Notes: a model not told the origin generated them from the letters alone. A stretch of 57,779 bases of DNA from Candidatus Saccharimonadales bacterium (GCA_039920385.1 JBDSDR010000013.1:1-57779); one strand, 5' to 3'; numbered from the stretch's first letter, positions 35,086 to 45,532 are shown. Numbers and translations are program-made.

Positions 35086-36055
35086 TATGCATCTTGTTAC
35101 CGAGGACTTTCAAAATGGTAAGCTCCAAGCCGAACCGATTCGTAAAGGTTTTGGTCGTGGTTTAATAGAGGCCGGCAAGCTCGACGAAAACGTTGTGGCG
35201 GCCTGTGCCGACCTAACCGATTCTACCCAAATGAGCTTATTCAAGGCCGAATTCCCCGATAGGTTTGTCGAGATTGGTGTGGCCGAACAAAACCTAGTCA
35301 CGGTGGGGGCTGGAATGGCGGCTATGGGCAAAATTCCGTTTGTATCCAGCTATGCAGCCTTTAGCCCGGGCCGGAACTGGGAACAAATTCGCACTACAAT
35401 TTGCTTGAATGATCGCCCGGTTAAGATTGTTGGCTCGCATGCTGGTATTTCGGTAGGACCTGATGGTGCTACGCACCAGATGCTGGAAGATATTGCCTTA
35501 ATGCGAGTGCTACCAAATATGGTCGTAGTCGTGCCGGGTGATAGTATCGAAGCCGAAAAGGCCACATTAGCAATGGCTAAAGATAAGCGGCCTAATTACT
35601 TACGCCTGGCCCGCGAAGCCACGCCAATCTTTACCACCAAAGACACGCCGTTTGAAATCGGCAAAGCCTATGTTTTGGATGAGGGCAAAGACGTTACGAT
35701 TATTGCTACTGGCACGATGACTTATCAAGCCTTGGTAGCGGCCGAAATGCTCTACAAAGATGGTATTGATGCCGAAGTTATCCATTGCCCAACCATTAAA
35801 CCGCTCGATGCCACGACAATCTTAACCAGTGCCGTAAAAACCAAAGCTGTTATTACGGTAGAAGAAGGTCAAATTATTGGCGGCTTGGGTGGAGCCGTAG
35901 CCGAATTGCTCGGTGAGCACCATCCAACCCAGCTCGTAAGAATTGGCATGAAAGACCAATTTGGCGAATCTGGTAAGCCAGAAGAACTACTAGAGAAGTT
36001 CGGCTTGACTGCTAAGCATATTGCGCTGGCGGCGCATCATCTACTCCAGGATTAA
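35078..36055 (+). CDS. transketolase, C-terminal (pyrimidine-binding) subunit
   Basis: IRKGFGRGL...FVEIGVAEQNLV...GPDGATHQMLEDIALMR. Start set to ATG 35078 (MSNMHL), an 8-nt overlap with the N-subunit; the ORF-track start at 34940 is an in-frame artefact. Confidence 0.9.
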   Translation: MSNMHLVTEDFQNGKLQAEPIRKGFGRGLIEAGKLDENVVAACADLTDSTQMSLFKAEFPDRFVEIGVAEQNLVTVGAGMAAMGKIPFVSSYAAFSPGRNWEQIRTTICLNDRPVKIVGSHAGISVGPDGATHQMLEDIALMRVLPNMVVVVPGDSIEAEKATLAMAKDKRPNYLRLAREATPIFTTKDTPFEIGKAYVLDEGKDVTIIATGTMTYQALVAAEMLYKDGIDAEVIHCPTIKPLDATTILTSAVKTKAVITVEEGQIIGGLGGAVAELLGEHHPTQLVRIGMKDQFGESGKPEELLEKFGLTAKHIALAAHHLLQD

Positions 36056-36527
36056 ATAACTGCAGCTGACCATCATCAAGCGCAGCTCCTATTGCCAGCA
36101 CTGATGCTGAAAATATTTCGGGTGATGGATCGTTCGGTCGCCAGTAATTACGTTCACTCGGTGTTTGCAACGTAATATAAGGATATGTCGGCAAAATTTC
36201 GTCGTCCCACTCACCGTAGTCAAAACCACCGTATTGCATATTTGCAGTATCAATATGACTTCGTACGACGATGATGCCAACCACATTTGGTCGACTTATG
36301 CTTGGGTGGTCGGTCTGATACTGAATTTCCCACACTTTATGTTTGCCGTTCCCGATTCGTGGCCGCTGGCTTTTGGGCATGCCCGGTCGTCCTTCGAGCG
36401 CTGCTTGCTGAGTTTGTTGAAGAGTAGCAAAGATGCCTTCATGTTTGGCTATAGCGTGGCAAGCTTCAGTCATCGGCTCACGAATTTGCATGGTTGTTAA
36501 TGGGTAATGAAAATTAATCTTATGCAT
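36012..36527 (-). CDS. hypothetical protein (antisense to the surrounding carbon-metabolism cluster)
   Basis: 171-aa ORF filling an otherwise 500-nt gap. No domain recognised. Its 3' end overlaps the transketolase C-subunit by 44 nt. Confidence 0.4.
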   Translation of the reverse strand: MHKINFHYPLTTMQIREPMTEACHAIAKHEGIFATLQQTQQAALEGRPGMPKSQRPRIGNGKHKVWEIQYQTDHPSISRPNVVGIIVVRSHIDTANMQYGGFDYGEWDDEILPTYPYITLQTPSERNYWRPNDPSPEIFSASVLAIGAALDDGQLQLFNPGVDDAPPAQYA

Positions 36528-36593
36528 TGGTTTTCATCATCTTAGTAACAGGGGGTGGCAAATGCAAGCACGAGCGGTTACAATATAAGGAAT

Positions 36594-37505
36594 ATGCCGC
36601 TTACGTTAAAACAGATACGTCAAAACTGCACCGATGCTCGGGTCACCATGAAACGGGCCCGCAAAGACCACTTTGCACTGGGGGCTTTTAATCTTGATAA
36701 CCAAGAAACCCTAATTGCCGTTTGTAAAGCCGCCGCCAAAAAGAAGGCGCCGGTCTTAGTTGAGGTTAGTAAGGGCGAAGTTGATGCCATGGGCCTGGAT
36801 AACATCCGTGACATGGTTGATAACTACAAAGAGCAATATAAGCTCGAGATGTACATCAACCTTGATCATTCACCATCGGTCGAAGATGCCATTGCTGGGA
36901 TTGAGGCTGGCTATGAATTCATCCATATCGATATCAGTCAGGCTAATCACGATGCCACTGATGAGCAAATCATCGAAGCCACCAAGCGGGTAGTGGCCTG
37001 CGCCAAATTAACTGGCGCATTGGTAGAGAGCGAACTTCATTACTTCGGTGGTGGCTCCAACGTCTTTACAAAAGCCTTTGATTACGACGAAATTAAAAAG
37101 ACCTTTAGCACGCCCGAAGGTGCCAAGCATTTTGTAAACGCCACCGGCATCGACACCTACGCCGCCGCCATTGGTAACTTGCATGGCCATTATCCGGTTC
37201 CTAAAAAGCTCGACATTAAGCTTCTAAAAGAGGTTCGTGAGGCTGTCAGTTGCAATATTAGCTTGCACGGTGGCAGCGATACTCCTGGGCATTATTTTGA
37301 AGATGCAGTTAAGGTTGGTGTCAGCAAAATCAATATTAATACCGACATGCGCATCGCCTATCGTAATACCCTCGAAAAAGTTCTTAAGGATAACCCAACT
37401 GAGTTTGCGGTTGTCAAGCTAATGGATGATGTTATTGAAGCCGTCCAAAAAGTCGTCGAAACCAAGATAGATATGTTTAACTCGGCTGGTAAAGCCAAGC
37501 CATAA
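36594..37505 (+). CDS. fba: class II fructose-bisphosphate aldolase
   Basis: FNLDNQETL...LDHS...IHIDIS...NLHGHY...LHGGSDTP...INTDMR. ATG 36594 preferred over GTG 36555. Confidence 0.85.
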   Translation: MPLTLKQIRQNCTDARVTMKRARKDHFALGAFNLDNQETLIAVCKAAAKKKAPVLVEVSKGEVDAMGLDNIRDMVDNYKEQYKLEMYINLDHSPSVEDAIAGIEAGYEFIHIDISQANHDATDEQIIEATKRVVACAKLTGALVESELHYFGGGSNVFTKAFDYDEIKKTFSTPEGAKHFVNATGIDTYAAAIGNLHGHYPVPKKLDIKLLKEVREAVSCNISLHGGSDTPGHYFEDAVKVGVSKININTDMRIAYRNTLEKVLKDNPTEFAVVKLMDDVIEAVQKVVETKIDMFNSAGKAKP

Positions 37506-37507
37506 CT

Positions 37508-38470
37508 ATGGGCAAACCAAACATTATTTCGATTGGGGCGGCTGTTCAAGATGTTTTTTTGAAGGGTAAGATTTTTGCAGGTCATATGGAAGACGGCGAA
37601 AAGGTCGAGCATTTCACGATGGGTAGTAAAAATAATATCGATGGCATTTATTTTAGTACCGGTGGAGGCGCCACCAACGCAGCGGTGACTTTCGCTCGGC
37701 AGGGCTTTCACAGCGCCTTTTTGGGTAACATTGGTAAAGATGTAGCCGGTAAGGCCATTCTAGAAGAACTTCACAAAGAAAAAGTTAACACCGACCTTAT
37801 TAATTACTCCGAGAAAGTTAACACTGGCTATTCGGTACTTCTGTTGGCACCAAACGGCGAGAGAACGATTTTAACCTATCGGGGGGCATCGGTAGATCTC
37901 GATTTAACCCTTAAAGATTTTAACGGTAGCAAGCCTGATTGGTTTTATATTAGTTCATTGTCGGGTGATTTTGATTCATTAAAGGCAATTGTCCGCTATG
38001 CTCGCAAGCATCACATTAAAATTGCTATCAACCCCGGTAAGGGCGAGCTAAAATTTGGCCACGCCTTTAAGGAATTACTACCGGATATTAGTATATTAAG
38101 TGTTAATAAAGAAGAGGCCGAGATGTTATTTAGGGGGGATAATACCCAAGACCTAGTTCGACATGCCGTCCGGCATATCCCGTTCGTAATTGTGACTGAT
38201 GGGCCAAAGGGCTCAGTCGCCAGTGATGGCCAAAAACTCTACAAAGCTGGTATGTACGACGATGTGCCGGTGGTAGACCGCACTGGCGCAGGTGATGCCT
38301 TTAGTAGCGGTTTTGTCGCCATGGTGGCTGCTGGTAAGCCCCTTGAAGAAGCCGTTATCTTTGCCAGCGCCAACTCCACCAGTGTGGTCAGTAAGCTCGG
38401 CGCCAAGGCCGGGATTCTTGAAGCCAATACCTTGCTACACTCTATGCCAGTAATTATCCACGACATCTAA
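37508..38470 (+). CDS. PfkB-family carbohydrate kinase
   Basis: GGGATNAAVTFARQG and DRTGAGDAFSSGF (PfkB signatures 1 and 2). Confidence 0.8.
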   Translation: MGKPNIISIGAAVQDVFLKGKIFAGHMEDGEKVEHFTMGSKNNIDGIYFSTGGGATNAAVTFARQGFHSAFLGNIGKDVAGKAILEELHKEKVNTDLINYSEKVNTGYSVLLLAPNGERTILTYRGASVDLDLTLKDFNGSKPDWFYISSLSGDFDSLKAIVRYARKHHIKIAINPGKGELKFGHAFKELLPDISILSVNKEEAEMLFRGDNTQDLVRHAVRHIPFVIVTDGPKGSVASDGQKLYKAGMYDDVPVVDRTGAGDAFSSGFVAMVAAGKPLEEAVIFASANSTSVVSKLGAKAGILEANTLLHSMPVIIHDI

Positions 38471-38519
38471 AGCATAAGCTTTACCGAACTGGGGTAAGCG
38501 TGCTAATCTTTAGGTAAGT

Positions 38520-39761
38520 ATGAGTAAGATATTGTCGGATTTGTTGGGGGCTACTGAACCTATGTTTAGTTTGGCGCTCAAACAACTCGAATCTGAGAGT
38601 GGTAACCCGAGTGCCGATATTCGTTTAACAGCCGAGATTACCGGAAAATTACGTCTTAAAACTCAAGAACTCGGCTTAGATCCTGATGATACCACCGGTA
38701 AAGAACTCTATCACGCGCTCTTAAATCTGCTCGAAAAACAGGATGAGCATTTAGTCCACCAGATTGGCGGATCTGATCCAAATGACATTACCGCTCTGAT
38801 GCCACTTATGAAAAAGGCTTGGGAAGCCGTTGATACCCCAAAATCTTGCTGGGTGCTTAAGCCGAGTGTTGCCAAAGCCATGCTAAAAAAATCACCACCG
38901 AAAGCAATTATGAAGCACTTAGGGTATCGCTCAATTGACTCGATGCTGAAGCGCGAAAAACTCGGCGAAATTTATGGAGCGTTACGTTTTGCCGAAGATT
39001 CTAAGTGGTTGAACCACTTTAATGACCAGTACAAAAAATTGAAGCCGAGCGATTTTGAAACCCGTGATATTGAGATCGTCGAAATGTCACAAGAACGTTG
39101 GGGAGAGCTAGCGGCGCCATTTATACACAAAAAGAAGCACAATATTACACACCTTAAGGAGCTTGGTGTGATCTTGATGTTACCAATTGGCCAAGACGTA
39201 AAACTAAAGGGCATTACTATTTTTGCCTTACCACTGTTATTCCATTATCTCTGTGAAATTCGCTTGTATTCGACTTTCTTTAAATTTAAGCAAATGCAGC
39301 CCAAATTTGGCGAGTTGGTAGCGAAGACACTAAATGCTGGTAAATCAGATACTGCTGTGATGGCCGGCCAAACCGTACACTGGCGAGTCATACAGCAGTA
39401 CTTTGGTCGCTTAGAACCCGATTATTACCCAGAAATTTTTGAACCACATGTTCAACCCGAAGATTTGCATTGGCGTCGTGCCGAGGAACTGTTATTTAAG
39501 GTTGATCCGGAGCTTGAGTTTTGGCGCGACCTTGATTACGTTGGGGTAATGCACGCTGGCCGGCCTGTGCCACTGAACTTGTTGGATATGGCTGCTAACT
39601 ACGTCAATGACACCCCTTACAAAAATCGGTTAATCTACCATTTCCGCGACAGCTTGTGGAACGAAATATTTGTACGCTATATGGGCCAAAAAAATCTGGA
39701 GCAGCAAATTTTGGAACAGCTTGATAACGACGTTGTTATGCCGGAGAACCTAAAAGTATGA
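38520..39761 (+). CDS. hypothetical protein
   Basis: 413-aa ORF, no domain recognised. ATGA overlap with the downstream SLOG-like gene. Confidence 0.5.
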   Translation: MSKILSDLLGATEPMFSLALKQLESESGNPSADIRLTAEITGKLRLKTQELGLDPDDTTGKELYHALLNLLEKQDEHLVHQIGGSDPNDITALMPLMKKAWEAVDTPKSCWVLKPSVAKAMLKKSPPKAIMKHLGYRSIDSMLKREKLGEIYGALRFAEDSKWLNHFNDQYKKLKPSDFETRDIEIVEMSQERWGELAAPFIHKKKHNITHLKELGVILMLPIGQDVKLKGITIFALPLLFHYLCEIRLYSTFFKFKQMQPKFGELVAKTLNAGKSDTAVMAGQTVHWRVIQQYFGRLEPDYYPEIFEPHVQPEDLHWRRAEELLFKVDPELEFWRDLDYVGVMHAGRPVPLNLLDMAANYVNDTPYKNRLIYHFRDSLWNEIFVRYMGQKNLEQQILEQLDNDVVMPENLKV

Positions 39762-40363
39762 ATTACTCAATTTGTGTTTCTGGCGCCGCTGGCGGTAAAA
39801 CTGTTAAAGAAGATCGCGAAAAAGCCGAACGGGTTGGCCGAGCAATTGCTAAACATGGCCACGTAATTACGACCGGTGCTACGGTTGGGTTGCCATATTA
39901 CGCCGCCAAAGCCGCTCAAGCCGCTAAAGGGATGAGTATTGGCTTCTCGCCAGCATCCAGCCTCCGTGAGCACCTGCACAAGTACCGACTACCAATTGGT
40001 GTGTTCGATTTTGTAAACTTCACTGGCATGCACTACGTTGGTCGGGACATCCATTTAGTCCAATCCAGCGATGCTATTATCACTATCGGTGGTCGGTTTG
40101 GTAGTTTACATGAATTTACCACTGCCCTAGAATCTAGTATGCCCTGTGGCGTCTTAACGGGTACTGGTGGTACAGCCGATATGATTGAAGAGCTGATGCA
40201 AAAACTCGAACCACCGCACAAAGAGATGGTGATTTTTGACGATGACCCAGAGCGCCTAGTCGCCAAAATTGTTAAAATTCTCGACAAAGAATACTCCGAT
40301 ATTGATATTAAGGACGAGCTGGCTCGTTGGTATCTCGATAGTGATGCGCCGCATTATGGTTGA
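39758..40363 (+). CDS. TIGR00725/SLOG (LOG-like Rossmann fold) family protein
   Basis: ICVSGAAGG...[20 protein letters not shown]...[15 protein letters not shown]...GTGGTAD pattern. Confidence 0.6.
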   Translation: MNYSICVSGAAGGKTVKEDREKAERVGRAIAKHGHVITTGATVGLPYYAAKAAQAAKGMSIGFSPASSLREHLHKYRLPIGVFDFVNFTGMHYVGRDIHLVQSSDAIITIGGRFGSLHEFTTALESSMPCGVLTGTGGTADMIEELMQKLEPPHKEMVIFDDDPERLVAKIVKILDKEYSDIDIKDELARWYLDSDAPHYG

Positions 40364-40368
40364 TATTT

Positions 40369-40377
40369 TGCTATAAT
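40369..40377 (+). promoter_or_regulatory. extended -10 TGcTATAAT, 6 nt before uvrB ATG 40384
   Basis: Read directly from the sequence. Confidence 0.5.
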
Positions 40378-40383
40378 AGTGAG

Positions 40384-42354
40384 ATGACTCAACGACCAAC
40401 AAGGTTCAAACTGACCTCCAAATACAAGCCGACTGGCGACCAACCAACGGCAATTGCGCAGTTGAACAAAGGTATTGAAGATGGTGTCAAAGAGCAAACC
40501 CTGTTGGGCGTGACTGGCTCTGGTAAAACCTTTACGATGGCTAATGTCATTCAGGCCCAGCAAAAGCCAACCCTAGTCTTATGCCATAACAAAACCTTGG
40601 CCGCTCAGCTGTACAGCGAGTTCCGTAGCTTCTTCCCTGACAATGCTGTGCATTACTTTGTTAGTTACTTTGATTACTACCAGCCAGAGGCTTATATAGC
40701 CCGCAGCGACACCTTTATTGAGAAGGATTCGCAGATTAACGAAGAAATTGATCGCCTCAGGCACGCTGCGACCGATGCCCTGCTAACCCGCAAAGACGTC
40801 ATTATTGTGGCCAGTGTTAGTTGTATATACGGTATTGGCTCAGTCGATGACTACAATGGCCTATCAATTGAAGTCGTCAAAGGTGAGCGACGCGTGCGCG
40901 ACAAATTGTTGCGCCAGCTGACCGACATTCAGTACACTCGTAACGATATTGATTTCCACCGCGGGACTTTCCGGGTGCGTGGTGATGTCGTTGATGTTTT
41001 TCCGGCCGCCGAAGAATTGGCTTACCGGATTGAATTCTTTGGTGACGATATCGATAAAATCACCAAGATTGATCCGCTAACCGGCGAAGTTCTAGCTTCG
41101 CTGAATGAACTCAAAATCTTTCCTGGCTCACACTACGTTACGCCATTCGAAAAGCTTAAGGGCGCTATCGTAAATATCGAAAAAGAGCTTGAAGATCGGA
41201 CTAAATTCTTTAAGAAGAACGGTTTGCTCGTGGAGGCACAGCGCCTTAACCAACGGACCCGTTTTGACATTGAAATGCTGGAAGAGACTGGCTTTGTAAA
41301 AGGTATCGAAAACTACAGTCGCTACTTAACCGACCGCGAAGAGGGTGAGCAGCCGGCTACTTTGATGGATTACTTCCCCGATGATTATCTGTTGTTTGTG
41401 GATGAGTCGCATATGACGATGCCACAGGTGCGCGGTATGTATAATGGCGACCGAGCTCGTAAAGAGGTTCTGGTTGAGCATGGTTTTCGTTTGCCGAGCG
41501 CCCTCGATAACCGGCCACTGACTTTTACCGAATTTGAACGACACATCAATAAGGCGGTCTATGTTAGTGCCACGCCAGCCGATTACGAATTAACCCATAG
41601 TCCGGCGCCAGCCCAGCAAGTGATTCGCCCAACTGGGCTGTTAGACCCGCCGATCGAGATTCGCCCGGTTGAAGGTCAGGTCGATGACTTACTGGCCGAG
41701 ATTCGCGCCACCGTTGCCAAACACCAGAGGGTGCTGGTAACTACTTTAACTAAACGCATGTCCGAAGATCTAACCGATTATCTCAAAGAAATTGGCGTCA
41801 AGGTGACTTATTTGCACAGTGACGTCGATACTTTAGACCGAACCGACATTTTGCGCGACCTGCGATTAGGCGTCTATGACGTAGTGGTTGGTATTAACTT
41901 GCTCCGTGAAGGCTTGGATTTGCCAGAGGTCAGTTTGGTAGCGATTTTAGATGCTGACAAAGAAGGCTTTTTGCGAAGCGAGCAGGCCTTAATCCAAACT
42001 GTTGGTCGGGCCGCTCGCCATGTTGAGGGCCGGGTGGTCATGTACGCTGACCATGTAACTGGCAGTATGCAGCGGACCTTGGACGAAACCGACCGTCGCC
42101 GCAAGATCCAGGCTGCCCATAATAAAGAGCACGGCATCACACCAGAAGGTATCGCTAAAGCCATCGAAAAGGGCATGCGCCCCGATATGCCCGAAGAAGT
42201 ACCTCGTTTAAATCTAAAGAAAATTCCCAAAGATGAGTATGGCGGTTTGATACGTGAACTGACCGGGCAGATGGAGCTGGCCTCAGCCAACTTACAGTTT
42301 GAAAAAGCGGCCGAACTCAGGGATATTATCGCTGACATTAAATCGAAGATGTAA
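40384..42354 (+). CDS. uvrB: excinuclease ABC subunit B
   Basis: [28 protein letters not shown]-terminal UVR motif (FEKAAELRD). ATG 40384 preferred over the TTG at 40360. Confidence 0.95.
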   Translation: MTQRPTRFKLTSKYKPTGDQPTAIAQLNKGIEDGVKEQTLLGVTGSGKTFTMANVIQAQQKPTLVLCHNKTLAAQLYSEFRSFFPDNAVHYFVSYFDYYQPEAYIARSDTFIEKDSQINEEIDRLRHAATDALLTRKDVIIVASVSCIYGIGSVDDYNGLSIEVVKGERRVRDKLLRQLTDIQYTRNDIDFHRGTFRVRGDVVDVFPAAEELAYRIEFFGDDIDKITKIDPLTGEVLASLNELKIFPGSHYVTPFEKLKGAIVNIEKELEDRTKFFKKNGLLVEAQRLNQRTRFDIEMLEETGFVKGIENYSRYLTDREEGEQPATLMDYFPDDYLLFVDESHMTMPQVRGMYNGDRARKEVLVEHGFRLPSALDNRPLTFTEFERHINKAVYVSATPADYELTHSPAPAQQVIRPTGLLDPPIEIRPVEGQVDDLLAEIRATVAKHQRVLVTTLTKRMSEDLTDYLKEIGVKVTYLHSDVDTLDRTDILRDLRLGVYDVVVGINLLREGLDLPEVSLVAILDADKEGFLRSEQALIQTVGRAARHVEGRVVMYADHVTGSMQRTLDETDRRRKIQAAHNKEHGITPEGIAKAIEKGMRPDMPEEVPRLNLKKIPKDEYGGLIRELTGQMELASANLQFEKAAELRDIIADIKSKM

Positions 42355-42408
42355 TTTGTGGGGGATGTGTGCGTTTATTCCCACATCCGAGTGGGCGGAA
42401 TTACTAAC

Positions 42409-43365
42409 TTATTTAATATTTTGCAGAACATGGGCTATATGACGAGCCACCAGCTGCGACTTATAGATTGGTGCCAAGTGACCAGCATTTTCCATGACTG
42501 AGTGATGATCAACGTGGTCGGCTACACTCTCGTCAGCTCTCACTAAAATATCGTACCGGTAAGCTTGATAACCAATAAATATACCGGCTTCTCGAAGTGC
42601 TGCTACGTCATCTCGTGAATCATGCCGCAAGCAACTATTACCTTCTAGTAGCGCCCGAACTCCACCAAAGTAGCGAATCATATCTCTAACATTGCGCAAA
42701 TTTGGGGCAATATCTCCATTGCGAAGGGTTGGAATCAGCTCATGCCACAACCCTAGATGGGCTTTTGTGGGGACATCTTGGAGGAGTTCTTTAAGGGTGG
42801 GGTGGCCATAGCCGACAGCGGCTAGTTTAAAGATGGCATCGACATCTTCGGGGTTATGTATACCGTATTCGGTGGCACCAAGCCCACCCATAGAATGGGC
42901 TAAGAGTATTTTTTTGCCATCGCCAATCGTTTTAATATTTGGTGCGTGTTGCAATAAACCCTCGTGGGCAGCTACCGATTTACCAATGGCTTTAATTGTT
43001 TTAGCGTGAAGAATTTGCGGGTTGCGTGCCGTCTCGTACCACGAACTGCCATGGCGGGAAGGGGAATATGTAGCTGTGGCGTATCCTTCGGATGCCATCG
43101 CCCCTCGTGGGCCTCGCGAGCTTCCCTTAATACCTGAGTAGCCGGGGACAAAGATTGCCAAACCTTCATAAACTAAGTTTTCGGGGACCTCAAGTGTCCA
43201 AGTGACGGCATCATTACCGACTTCTATTTCTCCCTGAAAAAAATGATGTTTTCCGGAATCAAAAACACCCTCTTTCGGAGGGTGCAAGGTTGTGACAGTA
43301 GCAAGTTCTTCAGCCATTGGTTGGCTTTGAGGAGGGAATTCGGACAGCTCGACTATATCTGACAC
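42409..43365 (-). CDS. alpha/beta hydrolase fold protein
   Basis: Nucleophile elbow LLAHSMGGLG. GTG start at 43365 is uncertain. Confidence 0.6.
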   Translation of the reverse strand: MSDIVELSEFPPQSQPMAEELATVTTLHPPKEGVFDSGKHHFFQGEIEVGNDAVTWTLEVPENLVYEGLAIFVPGYSGIKGSSRGPRGAMASEGYATATYSPSRHGSSWYETARNPQILHAKTIKAIGKSVAAHEGLLQHAPNIKTIGDGKKILLAHSMGGLGATEYGIHNPEDVDAIFKLAAVGYGHPTLKELLQDVPTKAHLGLWHELIPTLRNGDIAPNLRNVRDMIRYFGGVRALLEGNSCLRHDSRDDVAALREAGIFIGYQAYRYDILVRADESVADHVDHHSVMENAGHLAPIYKSQLVARHIAHVLQNIK

Positions 43366-43448
43366 GGTATGTATTTAATCCTTACTTGTTATGCTATGCC
43401 TACCTTTGCGATTTGTAAACAAGATTGTCTGTTCATACCTGTTAGAAA

Positions 43449-43457
43449 TGATATACT
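43449..43457 (+). promoter_or_regulatory. extended -10 TGaTATACT, 8 nt before gatC ATG 43466
   Basis: Read directly from the sequence. Confidence 0.5.
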
Positions 43458-43465
43458 GTTGCCAC

Positions 43466-43759
43466 ATGAGCAAACTTTCGCGCGAAGATATCTTAAAATT
43501 GGCTCGGTTATCTCGACTGGAGTTAACTGAAGAAGAAATTGGTCATTTTCAAAACGAGATTGGCGAGATTCTTAAATATGTCGAACTTTTGCAAACGGTC
43601 GATCTCGAGGGGCTTGAACCAACCTACCAGGTGACCGGCTTAAAAGACGTTACCCGTAAGGATGAAATTGTTGAGTATCAGGCCAAGCCTCAAGACTTAC
43701 TCAAAAATGCGCCTAACAGTGAGGCTAATCAGTTTAAAGTTCCCCGGATGGTTAAATAA
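43466..43759 (+). CDS. gatC: Asp/Glu-tRNA amidotransferase subunit C
   Basis: MSKLSREDILKLARLSRLELTEEEI...; start set to ATG 43466. Confidence 0.85.
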   Translation: MSKLSREDILKLARLSRLELTEEEIGHFQNEIGEILKYVELLQTVDLEGLEPTYQVTGLKDVTRKDEIVEYQAKPQDLLKNAPNSEANQFKVPRMVK

Positions 43760-45177
43760 TGAGCTGGCCAGCCATCGCCCAAATTGCCAAAGATGTTCAG
43801 TCTGGTAAGTCTAAAGCGGTTGATTTGGTAGAGCAATCATTAAAAACAATCGAAGATAAAAAAGACTTTGCCGCGATTATTGCGCTGACAGCCAATCGGG
43901 CCCGCGAGCGTGCTCAAGAAATTGATGCTCGTATTGCCAAGGGCGAAAAAGTTGGCAAATTAGCCGGCGTGCCGTTTATCGCTAAAGATAACTTTTTAAC
44001 ATTTGGTGCCGAAACTACCGCTGCTAGCAATATCCTTAAAGGCTTTAAGGCTCCCTATCAATCGACCGCCATCGAAAAGCTCGAAGCCGAAGGCGCCATC
44101 TGCGTAGCCAAAGCCAACCTTGATGCCTTCGCCCACGGCTCCAGCACCGAAAACAGCGATTATATGACCACTAAGAACCCACATAACCCCGATTACGTGC
44201 CGGGCGGTAGTAGTGGTGGCTCGGCAGCCGCCGTGGTGCTACAAATGGCGCCATTTGCACTAGGAACCGACACTGGTGGCTCAATCCGCTTGCCGGCCTC
44301 TTATACCGGCTCAGTTGGCCTCAAGCCAACCTACGGTTTAGTTTCGCGCTCAGGCGTGATTGCTATGGCTAGTAGTACCGATGTGATTGGCCCACTGACC
44401 ATGACAGTTGAAGACGCCGCTACAGTACTTGATGTAATGGCTGGCAAAGATTCGCTTGATAGCACCACAATTGATCGCCAAGACGATTACAGCCAGCTGG
44501 ATGACAGCCTAAAGGGCAAGAAAATCGGCCTGATCAAAGAGTATATTGATGGGTTGAATCCAAAAGTTCTAGAAATTCTAAATACTAATATCGGAAAGCT
44601 AAAAGCCGCCGGCGTCGAAGTTAACGAAGTTAGTTTGCCGTCATTGCCACTAGCCTTAGCATGCTACTACATTATTTGCCCAGCCGAAGTTAGCAGTAAC
44701 TTGAGCCGCTACGATGGCCAGCATTTTGGCTTTTCGGTTAAAGACGCAAAAAACCTCGAGACAAGCTACAACCAAACCCGCAGCCAAGGCCTCGGTAACG
44801 AAGCCAAGCGCCGCATCATGATTGGGACATATGTATTAAGCAGTGGCTACTACGACGCATATTACAAGAAGGCCCAACAACTGCGCACCAAACTTATTAA
44901 CGAGTTTGCAGCCGCCTTTAAGCAGTATGATTTTTTAGTTGGCCCAACCGCCCCCGATACCGCCTTTAAGATTGGCCAAAATGTTGATGACCCATTGCAG
45001 ATGTACTTAACTGACATTATGACTGTGGCCGTAAACTTAGTTGGCGTGCCGGCTATTAGTATCCCGGCCGGACTCAAAGATGGTTTACCAGTTGGCCTGC
45101 AGTTAATTGCGCCGCAAAAACGTGACCTAGAGTTACTCGGCATTGCCAAGGCCGCCGAAGGAGTTATCCATGAATAA
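43759..45177 (+). CDS. gatA: Asp/Glu-tRNA amidotransferase subunit A
   Basis: Amidase signature GGSSGGSAAAV...GTDTGGSIRLPA. Confidence 0.95.
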   Translation: MSWPAIAQIAKDVQSGKSKAVDLVEQSLKTIEDKKDFAAIIALTANRARERAQEIDARIAKGEKVGKLAGVPFIAKDNFLTFGAETTAASNILKGFKAPYQSTAIEKLEAEGAICVAKANLDAFAHGSSTENSDYMTTKNPHNPDYVPGGSSGGSAAAVVLQMAPFALGTDTGGSIRLPASYTGSVGLKPTYGLVSRSGVIAMASSTDVIGPLTMTVEDAATVLDVMAGKDSLDSTTIDRQDDYSQLDDSLKGKKIGLIKEYIDGLNPKVLEILNTNIGKLKAAGVEVNEVSLPSLPLALACYYIICPAEVSSNLSRYDGQHFGFSVKDAKNLETSYNQTRSQGLGNEAKRRIMIGTYVLSSGYYDAYYKKAQQLRTKLINEFAAAFKQYDFLVGPTAPDTAFKIGQNVDDPLQMYLTDIMTVAVNLVGVPAISIPAGLKDGLPVGLQLIAPQKRDLELLGIAKAAEGVIHE

Positions 45178-45532
45178 GTTCCTCAAAGCCTTACGCTTAC
45201 GGCGGCGTAACCTCAAGCCCGAGAAATTCGTGCCACGCTGGAAAGACTTGCAAAAAATGCTGTCACATAAAGACCAGTGGGGTGATGCTATTATCGCCGC
45301 CGATAAACTGCTCGACGAAGCTTTGCGCAAGCTCCATTACAAAGGCAAAACCACTGGTGAGCGGATGGTCGCAGCTCATAATCTTTTTAGTGATACCGAT
45401 GGTGTCTGGTTTGGCCATAAATTAGTTGGCAAGTTAAAGGCCGAGAATCCACCAACTCTTAAAGAAAAAGATGTTCGTAAAGCTTTATTAGGTATTGGTC
45501 AGGCCCTAAAAGACGTTGGAGCACTCAAATGA
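45170..45532 (+). CDS. hypothetical small basic helical protein inserted between gatA and gatB
   Basis: 120 aa from ATG 45170. GAAGGAG (45157-45163) lies 6 nt upstream. 8-nt overlap with gatA and an ATGA overlap with gatB. Alternative start at 45143. Confidence 0.5.
   Translation: MNKFLKALRLRRRNLKPEKFVPRWKDLQKMLSHKDQWGDAIIAADKLLDEALRKLHYKGKTTGERMVAAHNLFSDTDGVWFGHKLVGKLKAENPPTLKEKDVRKALLGIGQALKDVGALK

Noticed and set aside
38471-38519. The short palindrome aaagc-ataa-gcttt after the PfkB kinase gene, considered as a terminator.
   Set aside because: A 5-bp stem with no T-run is expected by chance.
42357-42389. A possible bidirectional terminator hairpin between uvrB and the hydrolase gene: ggatgtg (42363-42369) with cacatcc (42382-42388), or alternatively tgtggg with cccaca.
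   Set aside because: The stem is only 6-7 bp with a 12-17 nt loop, there are two mutually exclusive pairings, and there is no T-tract. That is too weak to call.
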